DNA of 52,390 bases, taken from IMG/VR virus record IMGVR_UViG_3300027970_000038, positions 1 through 52,390 of that record; one strand, written 5' to 3'. The stretch is from a virus. Its lineage: Duplodnaviria > Caudoviricetes. Below the pieces are notes generated by a model. That model did not search any database. It saw only the letters and a list, made by a program, of their open reading frames with translations, and was not told where the DNA came from. Each line of letters begins with the position of its first letter. Within the stretch, counting starts at the first letter, position 1. Positions 20,062-29,203 of this stretch are shown here, piece by piece. The position numbers and the translations under genes are program-made.

Positions 20062-20470
20062 TCCTACAAATAATCAAATTGATTATGGTTCTACGTGGGA
20101 GCCATCGTTAGCCGTTGCCATCAAAGACACACCCAATATCCTGCAGAAGATTTCAGAATTTATAAACATAAAGTTAGCCAATCCAATGGCCCCGTTTGGT
20201 ACAAATGATAAACCTTTTCTAAATGATGGCATCTATAAAAAGTATCTACCTAAAGGCTTAAAGGCACATCTAAACCGTGATATCAGTATTGTCTACGAGT
20301 TGTCGGGCCGCAATCCTACGGTTATCAAACTTTACGGTGTGTTTACTCACGCTGCATTAGGTACCGGCAGCCCACCTAGTATTAAAACACAAAAGAATAT
20401 GGCAAAACATCTTAGCAGGTCATTCAACGAAGGCCTAGAAACTTTCTTACTTAAGCTATTGCAAGAGTGA
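20003..20470 (+). CDS. RelE/YafQ-like mRNA interferase (start may be GTG 20048)
   Basis: DKPF..KAHLNRDISIVYE..IKLYGVFTH pattern matches YafQ H..D..L.Y...L.L...G.H. Confidence 0.6.
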   Translation: MMSSMNIFKKWLKNTVASSNPTNNQIDYGSTWEPSLAVAIKDTPNILQKISEFINIKLANPMAPFGTNDKPFLNDGIYKKYLPKGLKAHLNRDISIVYELSGRNPTVIKLYGVFTHAALGTGSPPSIKTQKNMAKHLSRSFNEGLETFLLKLLQE

Positions 20471-20491
20471 TGTCACGCTGATAAATACAGC

Positions 20492-22906
20492 ATGGACATC
20501 AAAGAACTGAACTCATTTAACTTGTCGGATGCAATTAAGTTTCACACGGAACTTAATCCCAAATTGTGGCATAACTCTAAGTTAGATCCTGCGGTTAAAA
20601 AGCAACTATTAATAATCGCAGCAGACTTTATGGATGAATTGGGTATCTACGACATAGACGTAGAAGATATCACAGTATCCGGTTCCAACGCAGCGTTTAC
20701 TTACACGCCACACAGCGACTTAGACTTGCACATATTAGTAGATATGTCTAAGCTACCTAATGATGAAGTGTACCGGGAGCTTTTTCAGGCTAAGAAAACA
20801 CTCTACAACGACTCACATGATATCACTATTCACGGTGTTCCTGTCGAACTCTATGTACAGGATACAAATCAACCAGTCGTATCATTAGGTGAGTATAGCA
20901 TCCTGAATGATAGATGGATCAAGATTCCAAAAAAGCGTAAAGCAACACTTGATCAAGCTGCCACTAAAGCAAAATACGATACATTGTCTGATCTGATTAA
21001 GCTTGCGATGAAGACGCATGACAGTAATAGAGTCAGTAATGTTCTCAAGATGATCAAGCGATATCGTCAAGCCGGACTCAGTAAGGGCGGAGAATTCAGT
21101 CCAGAAAATCTCGCATTTAAGATCATAAGAACACAAGGCGCTATTGATGCGTTATATGCATTGAGAGATAAGTTACACAGCGAAGAACTTACCATCGAAG
21201 AAAAACAACTCGATTCAACACCAATACGACCTACCGTAGAATTAGACCATTTAGCTGAAAGATTATCAAAAGAGTTTGAAGACTATGACCTAACTGAATA
21301 CCGTTCACAAGAAATCATTCATGCTAATCCTAAAATCAATATATTAAAGTCATTGGCTCGTAATAACAAGTATGGCTCAGCTAGATTTACTATCGACAAA
21401 GACGGTTACCTCAAAGCAGGCGATAGTGTTGCATTTGTGCATCAGGATCTAGAACCAGCATATGGAAGAGTAATAATCAGGGGATATATAAATTTTCATG
21501 ATGGCAACTATAACTATAGAACAATGGGCCCATATGATAATCTTCCGAAAGATCATCCTATACTCAGAAAATTCGAGAAAGCAGGTATCGAAAACGGTAA
21601 TATAGATACTACCTTAAACGAAGCACTCGACCGTGACGGTGCTATTCAACAGATTCTCAAATTAAAGAATACCTCAGGTAGAACACAGGGTGAAATAGAA
21701 TCGGCTACTAATATCATCAACAAGCTGATGCAGAAATTTAATATTAGACCCGAAGAAATAAACAAGCCCAAAGTCACCAAACTAGATAAAAAGATTGCAG
21801 CAACACAATACGAGAAGCAAGCGGCGTCTGACGCACTGAAGGCTGAATGGGAACGTTTCAAGCGCGGACTCTTTAAAGAGGACGCAAAACTTGATGAAGC
21901 ATACACTACCAAGCAGGAGGTTATTGGTCACTTTGCTCGCGAGGCCCGAAAAAGAGGTAAAAATGTCAACCTAGCGATGAAACAAGGTGCGGAAGCTTGG
22001 GAGCGCGGCTGGAGAGGCCCAGAATCCAACAAACCGAAAGAACCCAAAAAACCGAAAGAGATCAAGCCCTACGACCCTGAACGCTACAAGAATGTTCGCC
22101 TGCCTTACCGTGACGACGATGACAAAGATGACGACGACACGAATGAAGATTACGACCCGGTAAACGAAACCGAAGATAGAAAAGCAGCAGTGCTTAAGAT
22201 TCAGAAACACTTGAATAAGAAGTATGGTGCTAACCTTGACCTTGATGGTATCTTGGGTCCTTTGACACGGAAGTCAATCAACAAGTTTATGCCTAGAGCA
22301 AAGGTTGGACTCGCTGATGAACCCGACAAGACCACAGCCGTACAGGGTAAGAAGCTTAAAGAAACTGAAAGTAAGCCTACCACGACAATCAATTTTAGAA
22401 CCTGGAAAAAAGGTGGCGTACCAAGACACTCGTTTGTAGTTGTGCGTGACGGGAAAGAGATTGCAGGCGGTGAGATATCAAAAGATAATGAATGGGACGA
22501 TGACCGGAGTGCATCAGTGCAAGATATTGTAGTTCACCCTGATTATCGCCGTAAAGGTTTCGCTACTAAAATCTATAACGAGATAGAGCGCAAATTCAAT
22601 TATAAACTACGCCCGTCTGATGATGTTAAGCCAGATGGCCAAGAGTTTTGGAAAGCTAGAAGCAATCTAGACGAAGCCTCAGATTACAGTCAATATGAAG
22701 GTGAAATAGAAGATTTCGTACAGTCATTGAGTCCTGACGAGGTTGGTGTAGAGGAGTTTGGGCCGTACCGCGTTCACTTCGAAGGGTTTACGGATGAGTG
22801 CCAGGAAGATGCAGAAAGACGCTGCAATCTACCATCCGATGATCCGCAATATTTAGCCGACTACGATGATGTATACGACGAGGTCATCGGAGACTTTGTG
22901 ATATGA
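20492..22906 (+). CDS. Multidomain polyprotein: pol-beta-like nucleotidyltransferase, DUF2786-like helix bundle, peptidoglycan-binding domain, GNAT
   Basis: VSGSNA..SDLDLH..VELY; IQQILKLK..GEIESA..KLMQKFNI; VLKIQKHL..DGILGPLTRKSI; VVHPDYRRKGFATKIY. Confidence 0.7.
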   Translation: MDIKELNSFNLSDAIKFHTELNPKLWHNSKLDPAVKKQLLIIAADFMDELGIYDIDVEDITVSGSNAAFTYTPHSDLDLHILVDMSKLPNDEVYRELFQAKKTLYNDSHDITIHGVPVELYVQDTNQPVVSLGEYSILNDRWIKIPKKRKATLDQAATKAKYDTLSDLIKLAMKTHDSNRVSNVLKMIKRYRQAGLSKGGEFSPENLAFKIIRTQGAIDALYALRDKLHSEELTIEEKQLDSTPIRPTVELDHLAERLSKEFEDYDLTEYRSQEIIHANPKINILKSLARNNKYGSARFTIDKDGYLKAGDSVAFVHQDLEPAYGRVIIRGYINFHDGNYNYRTMGPYDNLPKDHPILRKFEKAGIENGNIDTTLNEALDRDGAIQQILKLKNTSGRTQGEIESATNIINKLMQKFNIRPEEINKPKVTKLDKKIAATQYEKQAASDALKAEWERFKRGLFKEDAKLDEAYTTKQEVIGHFAREARKRGKNVNLAMKQGAEAWERGWRGPESNKPKEPKKPKEIKPYDPERYKNVRLPYRDDDDKDDDDTNEDYDPVNETEDRKAAVLKIQKHLNKKYGANLDLDGILGPLTRKSINKFMPRAKVGLADEPDKTTAVQGKKLKETESKPTTTINFRTWKKGGVPRHSFVVVRDGKEIAGGEISKDNEWDDDRSASVQDIVVHPDYRRKGFATKIYNEIERKFNYKLRPSDDVKPDGQEFWKARSNLDEASDYSQYEGEIEDFVQSLSPDEVGVEEFGPYRVHFEGFTDECQEDAERRCNLPSDDPQYLADYDDVYDEVIGDFVI

Positions 22907-23163
22907 GCGAACGTTTCAACACCGCAGAAGAAGCCCGCAGATACGTTGATGCCTTCCGTCATACTAAAATCAACAACAGGTTTAATCAGGATTCATTCCG
23001 CCTCTTGAATAATGTCATCAAGGTAGTCACTGAACTAAGCCAGCTTGAAGTCGAAGCCAGGCAGACACGTAGAACTCATAAGGTCGAAGAATGCAAAGTC
23101 CGTTTGGATAATATGATCGACCATTTAGAAAAGCTATTGATCATAGCCAAATTGATGAGCTAG
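22903..23163 (+). CDS. Hypothetical helical protein
   Basis: 86 aa ORF coupled by ATGA overlap. Confidence 0.55.
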   Translation: MSERFNTAEEARRYVDAFRHTKINNRFNQDSFRLLNNVIKVVTELSQLEVEARQTRRTHKVEECKVRLDNMIDHLEKLLIIAKLMS

Positions 23164-23190
23164 AAAAACGCTAGTTAGGCAAAATATATG

Positions 23191-23219
23191 TTGACTTATA
23201 CCTCATGGCGTCGTATAGT
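23191..23219 (+). promoter_or_regulatory. sigma70-like early promoter
   Basis: TTGACT-17 nt-TATAGT. Confidence 0.65.
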
Positions 23220-23274
23220 AAGAACATAAAGAGAGACGCACTAACGCATTCTCTAGATTTCAAGGAGCTACTAC

Positions 23275-24369
23275 ATGTCTCACGTTTCCGATCATCTCGC
23301 GATTACTTCTATTCAAGCCCGTAAGGCTATTCACAAGGCATTCAAGGCAAAGCGTCCGGTGTTTCTGTGGGGTCCTCCGGGCATCGGCAAGTCCGAAGTT
23401 GTGTCTGACATTGCGGATGAACTTAACGGTATCATGATTGATCTGCGTATGGCGCAGATGGAACCTACTGATATTCGCGGCATTCCCTTCTATAATAAAG
23501 ACATCGGCAAGATGGACTGGGCCGAACCCGTCGATCTTCCTACGGAGGAATTCGCTGCACAATATCCTATCGTTGTTCTTTTTCTCGACGAAATGAATTC
23601 GGCTCCGCCTTCTGTCCAAGCTGCTGGTTATCAGCTGGTTCTTAATCGCCGCGTCGGCAAGTATAAGCTGCCCGACAACGTTGTTATTATCGCTGCTGGC
23701 AACCGCGAAAGCGACAAGGGCGTCACGTATCGTATGCCCATGCCCCTTGCTAATCGTTTCGTTCACATCGAAATGAAGCCTGACTTCGCTGTTTGGCAAC
23801 AGTGGGCAGTCAATAAGGGTATTCACAAGGATGTCGTTGGTTACCTTTCGTTCGCTAAACAGGATCTGTATGATTTTGATGCGAAGTCGTCTTCGCGCGC
23901 GTTCGCTACTCCGCGCACGTGGACGTTCGTAAGCGATCTGCTCGACGACGAGGATTCTGACACTGATACGCTTCTCAATCTGGTTGCGGGCTCAGTCGGC
24001 GAAGGTCTCGGGGTAAAGTTCATGGCGCATCGTAAGGTCGCTAGCCGCATGCCCAATCCTGCTGATATTCTTAGCGGTAAGGTCAAGGACCTTCAGGTGA
24101 AGGAAATCTCTGCGATGTACTCGCTGACGATTTCCATGTGTTATGAACTGAAGGAAGCTCTCGATAACAAGAAAGTAGACACTGCACAGTTCCATCTGAT
24201 GGCTGATAATTTCTTCGAATATATCATGAAGAATTTCGAAACGGAGCTGGTCGTGATGGGTGCAAAGATCGCACTGAAGACTTACAAGCTGCCTATCGAG
24301 CCGCAGCGTCTGTCGAACTTCGACACCTTTCATAAAAAGTACGGCAAGTACATCGTTGAAGCAAGCTAG
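23275..24369 (+). CDS. MoxR-family AAA+ ATPase
   Basis: GPPGIGKS Walker A, LFLDE Walker B, AAGN, PLANRF, TPRTW; AAGGAG SD. Confidence 0.9.
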   Translation: MSHVSDHLAITSIQARKAIHKAFKAKRPVFLWGPPGIGKSEVVSDIADELNGIMIDLRMAQMEPTDIRGIPFYNKDIGKMDWAEPVDLPTEEFAAQYPIVVLFLDEMNSAPPSVQAAGYQLVLNRRVGKYKLPDNVVIIAAGNRESDKGVTYRMPMPLANRFVHIEMKPDFAVWQQWAVNKGIHKDVVGYLSFAKQDLYDFDAKSSSRAFATPRTWTFVSDLLDDEDSDTDTLLNLVAGSVGEGLGVKFMAHRKVASRMPNPADILSGKVKDLQVKEISAMYSLTISMCYELKEALDNKKVDTAQFHLMADNFFEYIMKNFETELVVMGAKIALKTYKLPIEPQRLSNFDTFHKKYGKYIVEAS

Positions 24370-24384
24370 TCAGAGTTGGCTTTC

Positions 24385-24419
24385 CGGGGAGAGGTTAGAG
24401 ACAACCTCTCCCCGATTTT
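24385..24419. terminator. Intrinsic terminator between convergent genes
   Basis: GGGGAGAGGTT-AGAGAC-AACCTCTCCCC hairpin followed by ATTTT. Confidence 0.75.
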
Positions 24420-25899
24420 ACGGATTTAGCATAAACTTATAGTTTCCGCAATCATGTATTTTGGTATAACCTAACTCTTGCATGATGGCAGATTCATTTT
24501 TGTTTGGATCATATCCTAATTTAATCAGTCTCGCTTTGGTGAAGTTAGACCGATGATATCTTATACCATTCTTAATATACCAATACCCGGTATTGACTTC
24601 ACTAGAAGTAATGTCAGTAAATCCTAATTTTTTATATAAGTTTCCATTACTCCAACATCTATCAGCATATGTTACGATACATTCGGGACTATGCTTCTTT
24701 ATAAAATGTTTTAATAATTTTCCGGCTCCACCAATTACTGTTCCGTCCGAACAGTAACGGATAAGCTCATGCCCGGCTTTGGTATATCTAGATTTTGAAA
24801 ATCCCATCACCGCTTTTATTTTACCGTCTAACGCTAACCCATATTTTATAGTAGAATGGGCATAACCTCGAATATGCGTTTTCTCAACGAAGTTTTTGTA
24901 TTCCTCAAATGTTAACTCTATTATATTACATTTTCTAGCAGCTACCCTATCGTCGTGCCCCAGAATGCTTCTCAATCTATTTTTCACTATTTCGGGTTTG
25001 GTTTGCCATTCGTCTTCAAATATGTGAATGAGTTGTATATTCTGTTTTTTACATTCTAGCATCTTGTTAACATGGTAATTTGGTGTCTTCTTGATTGAAG
25101 AATGCCAATATATTCCATTATACTCAATGGCAATATTTCTGTCAGGGATATAAATGTCTAATTCTTTTCCAGATAATATGGTTTTGTCATTTGTTATAAT
25201 ATTTTCACCGAGTGTTCTTACGAAGGTTGCTATTTCTGATTCGGCTCTTGATACAGTTTTAGGGTAGCAGATACTACATTTCGGAATTGTACCATAATCA
25301 ACATGCGATTCAAATTGATGTTGGCAACCGTTACATTTCCATAAATATTTGTTTTTCCTATTTGATCCGTGATATTCTTCACGCGAAAAACAGGGAGTGA
25401 CAGTTTCAGATACCCTTTGTATTACTTGGTTGAAACCTAAAGTTTCTTTTTCATGAGTCAACTGATCAAATATTGACGAGTAGTCCTTTTTTGACATTGT
25501 TTCTCGTCTTTTTGATTTCACACCTTCTGCTTTGCTGGCATTGTCTACTCCGTATTTTTTCAACCAGGTGTCTTTTCTTTTTTCAATAACAATTGACATA
25601 TCCCTTGGTTTGTAATTTTCTTTTGCGTGTTGTTGAAAACAAAGGCAATTCTTAATATTATCACAGAATCCATATTGCAACTTCTTAGGGTTGAACGTTT
25701 TTTTGTTCCCGTGGTTGCAAATAAAATTGGGCTTATTGTTTAATAAGTACCAGACTTTTTCTTTAATTGATGCATCAAGTAAGTTAATAGTCTCACGTTC
25801 CACCCAATCATATAATTCAATGTAATTGCTACTTTTCAGTACCTGACCTAAAACTCTGGGATTGGTTTTTTCTACCAATATTTTTAATCTTTCTAACAT
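24418..25899 (-). CDS. Free-standing endonuclease (Zn-ribbon plus Vsr/DUF559-like PD-(D/E)xK), probable homing endonuclease
   Basis: KKYGVDN, CxxC..CxxC, ELDIYIP..AIEYNGIYWH, IHIFEDEW; AT-rich and opposite strand, inserted between MoxR and vWA genes. Confidence 0.75.
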   Translation of the reverse strand: MLERLKILVEKTNPRVLGQVLKSSNYIELYDWVERETINLLDASIKEKVWYLLNNKPNFICNHGNKKTFNPKKLQYGFCDNIKNCLCFQQHAKENYKPRDMSIVIEKRKDTWLKKYGVDNASKAEGVKSKRRETMSKKDYSSIFDQLTHEKETLGFNQVIQRVSETVTPCFSREEYHGSNRKNKYLWKCNGCQHQFESHVDYGTIPKCSICYPKTVSRAESEIATFVRTLGENIITNDKTILSGKELDIYIPDRNIAIEYNGIYWHSSIKKTPNYHVNKMLECKKQNIQLIHIFEDEWQTKPEIVKNRLRSILGHDDRVAARKCNIIELTFEEYKNFVEKTHIRGYAHSTIKYGLALDGKIKAVMGFSKSRYTKAGHELIRYCSDGTVIGGAGKLLKHFIKKHSPECIVTYADRCWSNGNLYKKLGFTDITSSEVNTGYWYIKNGIRYHRSNFTKARLIKLGYDPNKNESAIMQELGYTKIHDCGNYKFMLNP

Positions 25900-25968
25900 A
25901 GTGTTTATACTCTACATGCTTAATAGTATTTATGCTAGGAATTATAAAAATATTTTTTGATTTTTTGG

Positions 25969-25997
25969 TTGACATTTCGTGTGCAATGTCATATAGT
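25969..25997 (+). promoter_or_regulatory. sigma70-like early promoter
   Basis: TTGACA-17 nt-TATAGT. Confidence 0.65.
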
Positions 25998-26024
25998 CAG
26001 TTTATGTTCAACAAGGAGATTTTT

Positions 26025-27356
26025 ATGAGTGAAGTAATTCCCGGTACTGCGACTAAGCCCAAGCAGGGTAAGCGCACTCGCAGCAAGAAGTTTGAAAATC
26101 TTATTGGTCCTACCGATCCTAAGATTGATCACGCAGCTAGGGAGCGTCTCATCACTGCACGCATCGGTCTCCTTCTTAACCATTCGTTTTTTGGTAATCT
26201 CGCTACTCGCCTTCAACTTATCAATGCCGACGAGTGGTGCTCTACGGCTGCAACGGATGGGCTGAAGTTCTATTACAATTCTCGCTTCATCATGATGCTT
26301 CGCACGAAGGAAGTTGAGTTTCTTGTTGGTCATGAAGTGTTGCATGTTGTCTACGATCATATGGATCGTCGCGATGGCCGCGACCCCGAAATCTGGAATA
26401 TCGCTGCTGACTATGCAGTGAACGCTGATTTGAAGAAACATAAGATCGGCGAGTTCATCACGACGGTTCCTTGCTTGTATGAAACCAAATATGCTAGCAC
26501 GGCGGCCGAACTCATCTATGATGATCTGATGAAGAATGTTCAGTATATCAACATCGAAGACCTGCTTGATAAAATGATCGATGATCATATGAGCAATGAA
26601 GGTGAAGGCGAGAGCGATGAAGAAGGCAACGGCGAAGGCGAGAGCGATGAAGAAGGCAACGGCGAAGGCCGCCCGCGCATGTCTGCTGAAGAACGTGAAA
26701 AGGTTCGCCAGGAAGTAAAGCAAGCGATTATCAACGCAGCACAGTCTGCCGAAGCAGGTTCGATTCCGCAAGGCGTTGAGCGTATGATCAAGCAGCTTAC
26801 TGATCCAGTTATGCCTTGGAACGAACTGATCCAGACTAGTCTGACTTCTGCTATCAAAACCGATTATACTTGGCTGCGCCCTTCTCGTCGTAGTTGGCAC
26901 ATGGATGCGGTTATGCCAGGTATGACTCCCGGCGAAGAGATCGATGTGACCGTGTTTATCGACATGTCAGGGTCTATCTCTAATAAGCAAGGTATGCAGT
27001 TCATCAGCGAAGTTGCAGGTATGATGGAATCGTTTGCTGGGTACCGTATCCGTATCGCGTGTTTCGATACCAAAGTCTATAACATGCAGGAGTTCACTTC
27101 TGAAAACATGGAAAATATCGAAGAATACAAACTGATGGGCGGCGGCGGCACGGACTTCACTTGCATCTTTGATTACCTCAAGAAAGAAGCAATTGTGCCT
27201 GAACGCTTGATCGTCTTCACTGACGGGTATCCTTGCGGCTCTTGGGGCGATCCTGATTACTGCGACACGGTTTGGATTATTCACGGCGATCCCAATCCGA
27301 ACCCCCCTTTCGGTGTTTGGGCTATTTACGATGATCATCGTAAGAATAGTGGTTAA
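26025..27356 (+). CDS. DUF2201-type metallopeptidase-like plus vWA protein (MoxR partner)
   Basis: TAATDG, HEVLH, WNIAADYAVN, DMSGS MIDAS, GGGGTDF, FTDG; AAGGAG SD before ATG 26025. Confidence 0.88.
   Translation: MSEVIPGTATKPKQGKRTRSKKFENLIGPTDPKIDHAARERLITARIGLLLNHSFFGNLATRLQLINADEWCSTAATDGLKFYYNSRFIMMLRTKEVEFLVGHEVLHVVYDHMDRRDGRDPEIWNIAADYAVNADLKKHKIGEFITTVPCLYETKYASTAAELIYDDLMKNVQYINIEDLLDKMIDDHMSNEGEGESDEEGNGEGESDEEGNGEGRPRMSAEEREKVRQEVKQAIINAAQSAEAGSIPQGVERMIKQLTDPVMPWNELIQTSLTSAIKTDYTWLRPSRRSWHMDAVMPGMTPGEEIDVTVFIDMSGSISNKQGMQFISEVAGMMESFAGYRIRIACFDTKVYNMQEFTSENMENIEEYKLMGGGGTDFTCIFDYLKKEAIVPERLIVFTDGYPCGSWGDPDYCDTVWIIHGDPNPNPPFGVWAIYDDHRKNSG
26604..26669 (+). repeat. 30-bp tandem duplication in acidic linker (EGESDEEGNG x2)
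   Basis: GAAGGCGAGAGCGATGAAGAAGGCAACGGC repeated twice. Confidence 0.8.
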
Positions 27357-27422
27357 TTTTCTAGGGTTTAGTAGTTCCTAGCTTAATGGTTTCGGTAGCA
27401 GTACTATATTGTGTGTGGTGAA

Positions 27423-27641
27423 ATGAAATTGACAATCGATGACATTAATATAAATCAATGGTACATGGACAGGGAACTAAAATATGTTCCTAAACATTTT
27501 GTCCTTACTACTGCGACACACACCAATGACTCTAGGAATTGGATCTTAGAAAAGCTGACTGGTAGATTTTGCACGAGTTGGAAGTATGTGGCGTTCGAAG
27601 ACCCCAAAGAGGCTCTTTTTTATCAATTGGTTTGGGGATAA
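27423..27641 (+). CDS. Hypothetical protein
   Basis: WILEKLTGRF..FEDPKEALFYQL.W phage-type small protein. Confidence 0.55.
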   Translation: MKLTIDDININQWYMDRELKYVPKHFVLTTATHTNDSRNWILEKLTGRFCTSWKYVAFEDPKEALFYQLVWG

Positions 27642-27700
27642 ATTTTTAACCGTTTGGTTTTCTAGTTAAATACTATTATTAATCTAAAGGAGACTTAATA

Positions 27701-28387
27701 ATGGCAAATTTTACACGGCATGTGGGTAAACACGGAGACCGTAAGGTTGCAGTAGTATTCCGCGAAGTGCCAGGCGAGCCTCATATGGCTTTAGTCGTCT
27801 ACACTGAATTGCTCAATCAGAATATCCATGACCCATTGATCAAGTGCATTGAGAGTGACATCGGACAACATAGTCAAGACCTCGCGGATGCGTTGAATCG
27901 TACACATACTAGAGACGGGCATATTATCCTTCAAAAACTACATGCTGAAGGACAATTGAAGAAGATTCAGACTGAACAAGTCATGATGACTCCGGCACCA
28001 AACACAAAAATTAGATTGAGCGACCTCAATAAGATCCTCAACGAGATGCAACTAGGCGAAGATGCAGTTAAAAGACTAGCTGAAATCGACGGCAGCCGCG
28101 GAATTCAAGACGCTGCTACAGTTGCTCGTAAGATGCGGGGAGAACGACCAACAGAGTCAGTCGGAGTTCAGTCAACAGGTGATGCTTTGGGTGATACTGC
28201 ACTTGCTACCAATCTACGTCAGCAAGCAGAACGAATGAGCAATGAAGCAAAGGGGCTATTGGCGGAAGCTGATAGATTACTGAATGAAGCACGTTCGCTG
28301 GACCCAACTGTTATAGCAACCCCTAAGGTTGCTAATACGTCCGATAAACCACGGGGCCGTCCGAAAAAGGTTGCTGCTATTGCATAA
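27701..28387 (+). CDS. Hypothetical protein with C-terminal AT-hook-like RGRPKK
   Basis: AAGGAG SD, TAAATA upstream, 228 aa. Confidence 0.6.
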   Translation: MANFTRHVGKHGDRKVAVVFREVPGEPHMALVVYTELLNQNIHDPLIKCIESDIGQHSQDLADALNRTHTRDGHIILQKLHAEGQLKKIQTEQVMMTPAPNTKIRLSDLNKILNEMQLGEDAVKRLAEIDGSRGIQDAATVARKMRGERPTESVGVQSTGDALGDTALATNLRQQAERMSNEAKGLLAEADRLLNEARSLDPTVIATPKVANTSDKPRGRPKKVAAIA

Positions 28388-28401
28388 GGCTAATGAGGTA
28401 A

Positions 28402-28698
28402 ATGTCCCCTGAATTTTTACAAAAATGGGAACGGTTGATCGAGGGCGTCGAAAAAGAAAAGATTCCAGTAGAATTTGTTAGAAAGCTAGTGCTAAAACTG
28501 GTTGGAAAAAAGCAAAGAACAATCAACGTTGAACAAATGTTGTCTCAGGGCGTTGATCCAGAACAAATTGAAGAAATAATAAGCAGAAGATTGATCGAAT
28601 TGGAAGATAACGTACTCGGCATTGAATTTGTACTTAATGTACAGAGCATAGCTGATCATGTGCAACCTGAAACAGATCGGTTGTTGAATAGACTATGA
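28402..28698 (+). CDS. Hypothetical protein
   Basis: 98 aa ORF, GAGG SD. Confidence 0.55.
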   Translation: MSPEFLQKWERLIEGVEKEKIPVEFVRKLVLKLVGKKQRTINVEQMLSQGVDPEQIEEIISRRLIELEDNVLGIEFVLNVQSIADHVQPETDRLLNRL

Positions 28699-29147
28699 AA
28701 TTGATATTGGCATGTGACCCTAATGGGGGAATAGGCTATCAAAACAAGTTACCCTGGACTAACATCCAGGGTGATTTGCCAAGATTCAAGCGACTAACTG
28801 AAGGGCAACCTATCATTATGGGCCGCAATACTTGGGATAGTCTTCCAAAAAAACCATTACCTAACCGCATGAATATCGTAGTCACGTCAAGACCTTTCGA
28901 ATGCGAAGGTGTGACCTGTGTTTCGGAGATAACCAACCACTCAGATTGGTATTGGCTGATCGGCGGGGCTAAGTTGATTGACAGTTGCTGGGGACAGATC
29001 AACACCGTGCATCTTACAAAAACGCACGATCATTATACTTGTGATGTTTTTATCGACCTACCTAAATTAGAAAATCAATATAGAGTAACTTATAGTGAGA
29101 TATTTCCCGATCACGAATATCAAATTTGGGAACGGAAGTGTGTCTAG
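28695..29147 (+). CDS. frd: Dihydrofolate reductase
   Basis: GIGYQNKLPW, DLPRFK, IMGRNTWDSLP..PLPNR, IGG. Confidence 0.93.
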   Translation: MKLILACDPNGGIGYQNKLPWTNIQGDLPRFKRLTEGQPIIMGRNTWDSLPKKPLPNRMNIVVTSRPFECEGVTCVSEITNHSDWYWLIGGAKLIDSCWGQINTVHLTKTHDHYTCDVFIDLPKLENQYRVTYSEIFPDHEYQIWERKCV

Positions 29148-29203
29148 GTATAAAAGGTAACAGAAAGTCTTGCGTAGCATAGAGAATAATGAGATAATAC
29201 AAT

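Noticed and set aside
25989-26900. 303-aa minus-strand ORF (also 23260-23826)
   Set aside because: Antisense shadows of well-supported MoxR/vWA genes with biased codon usage
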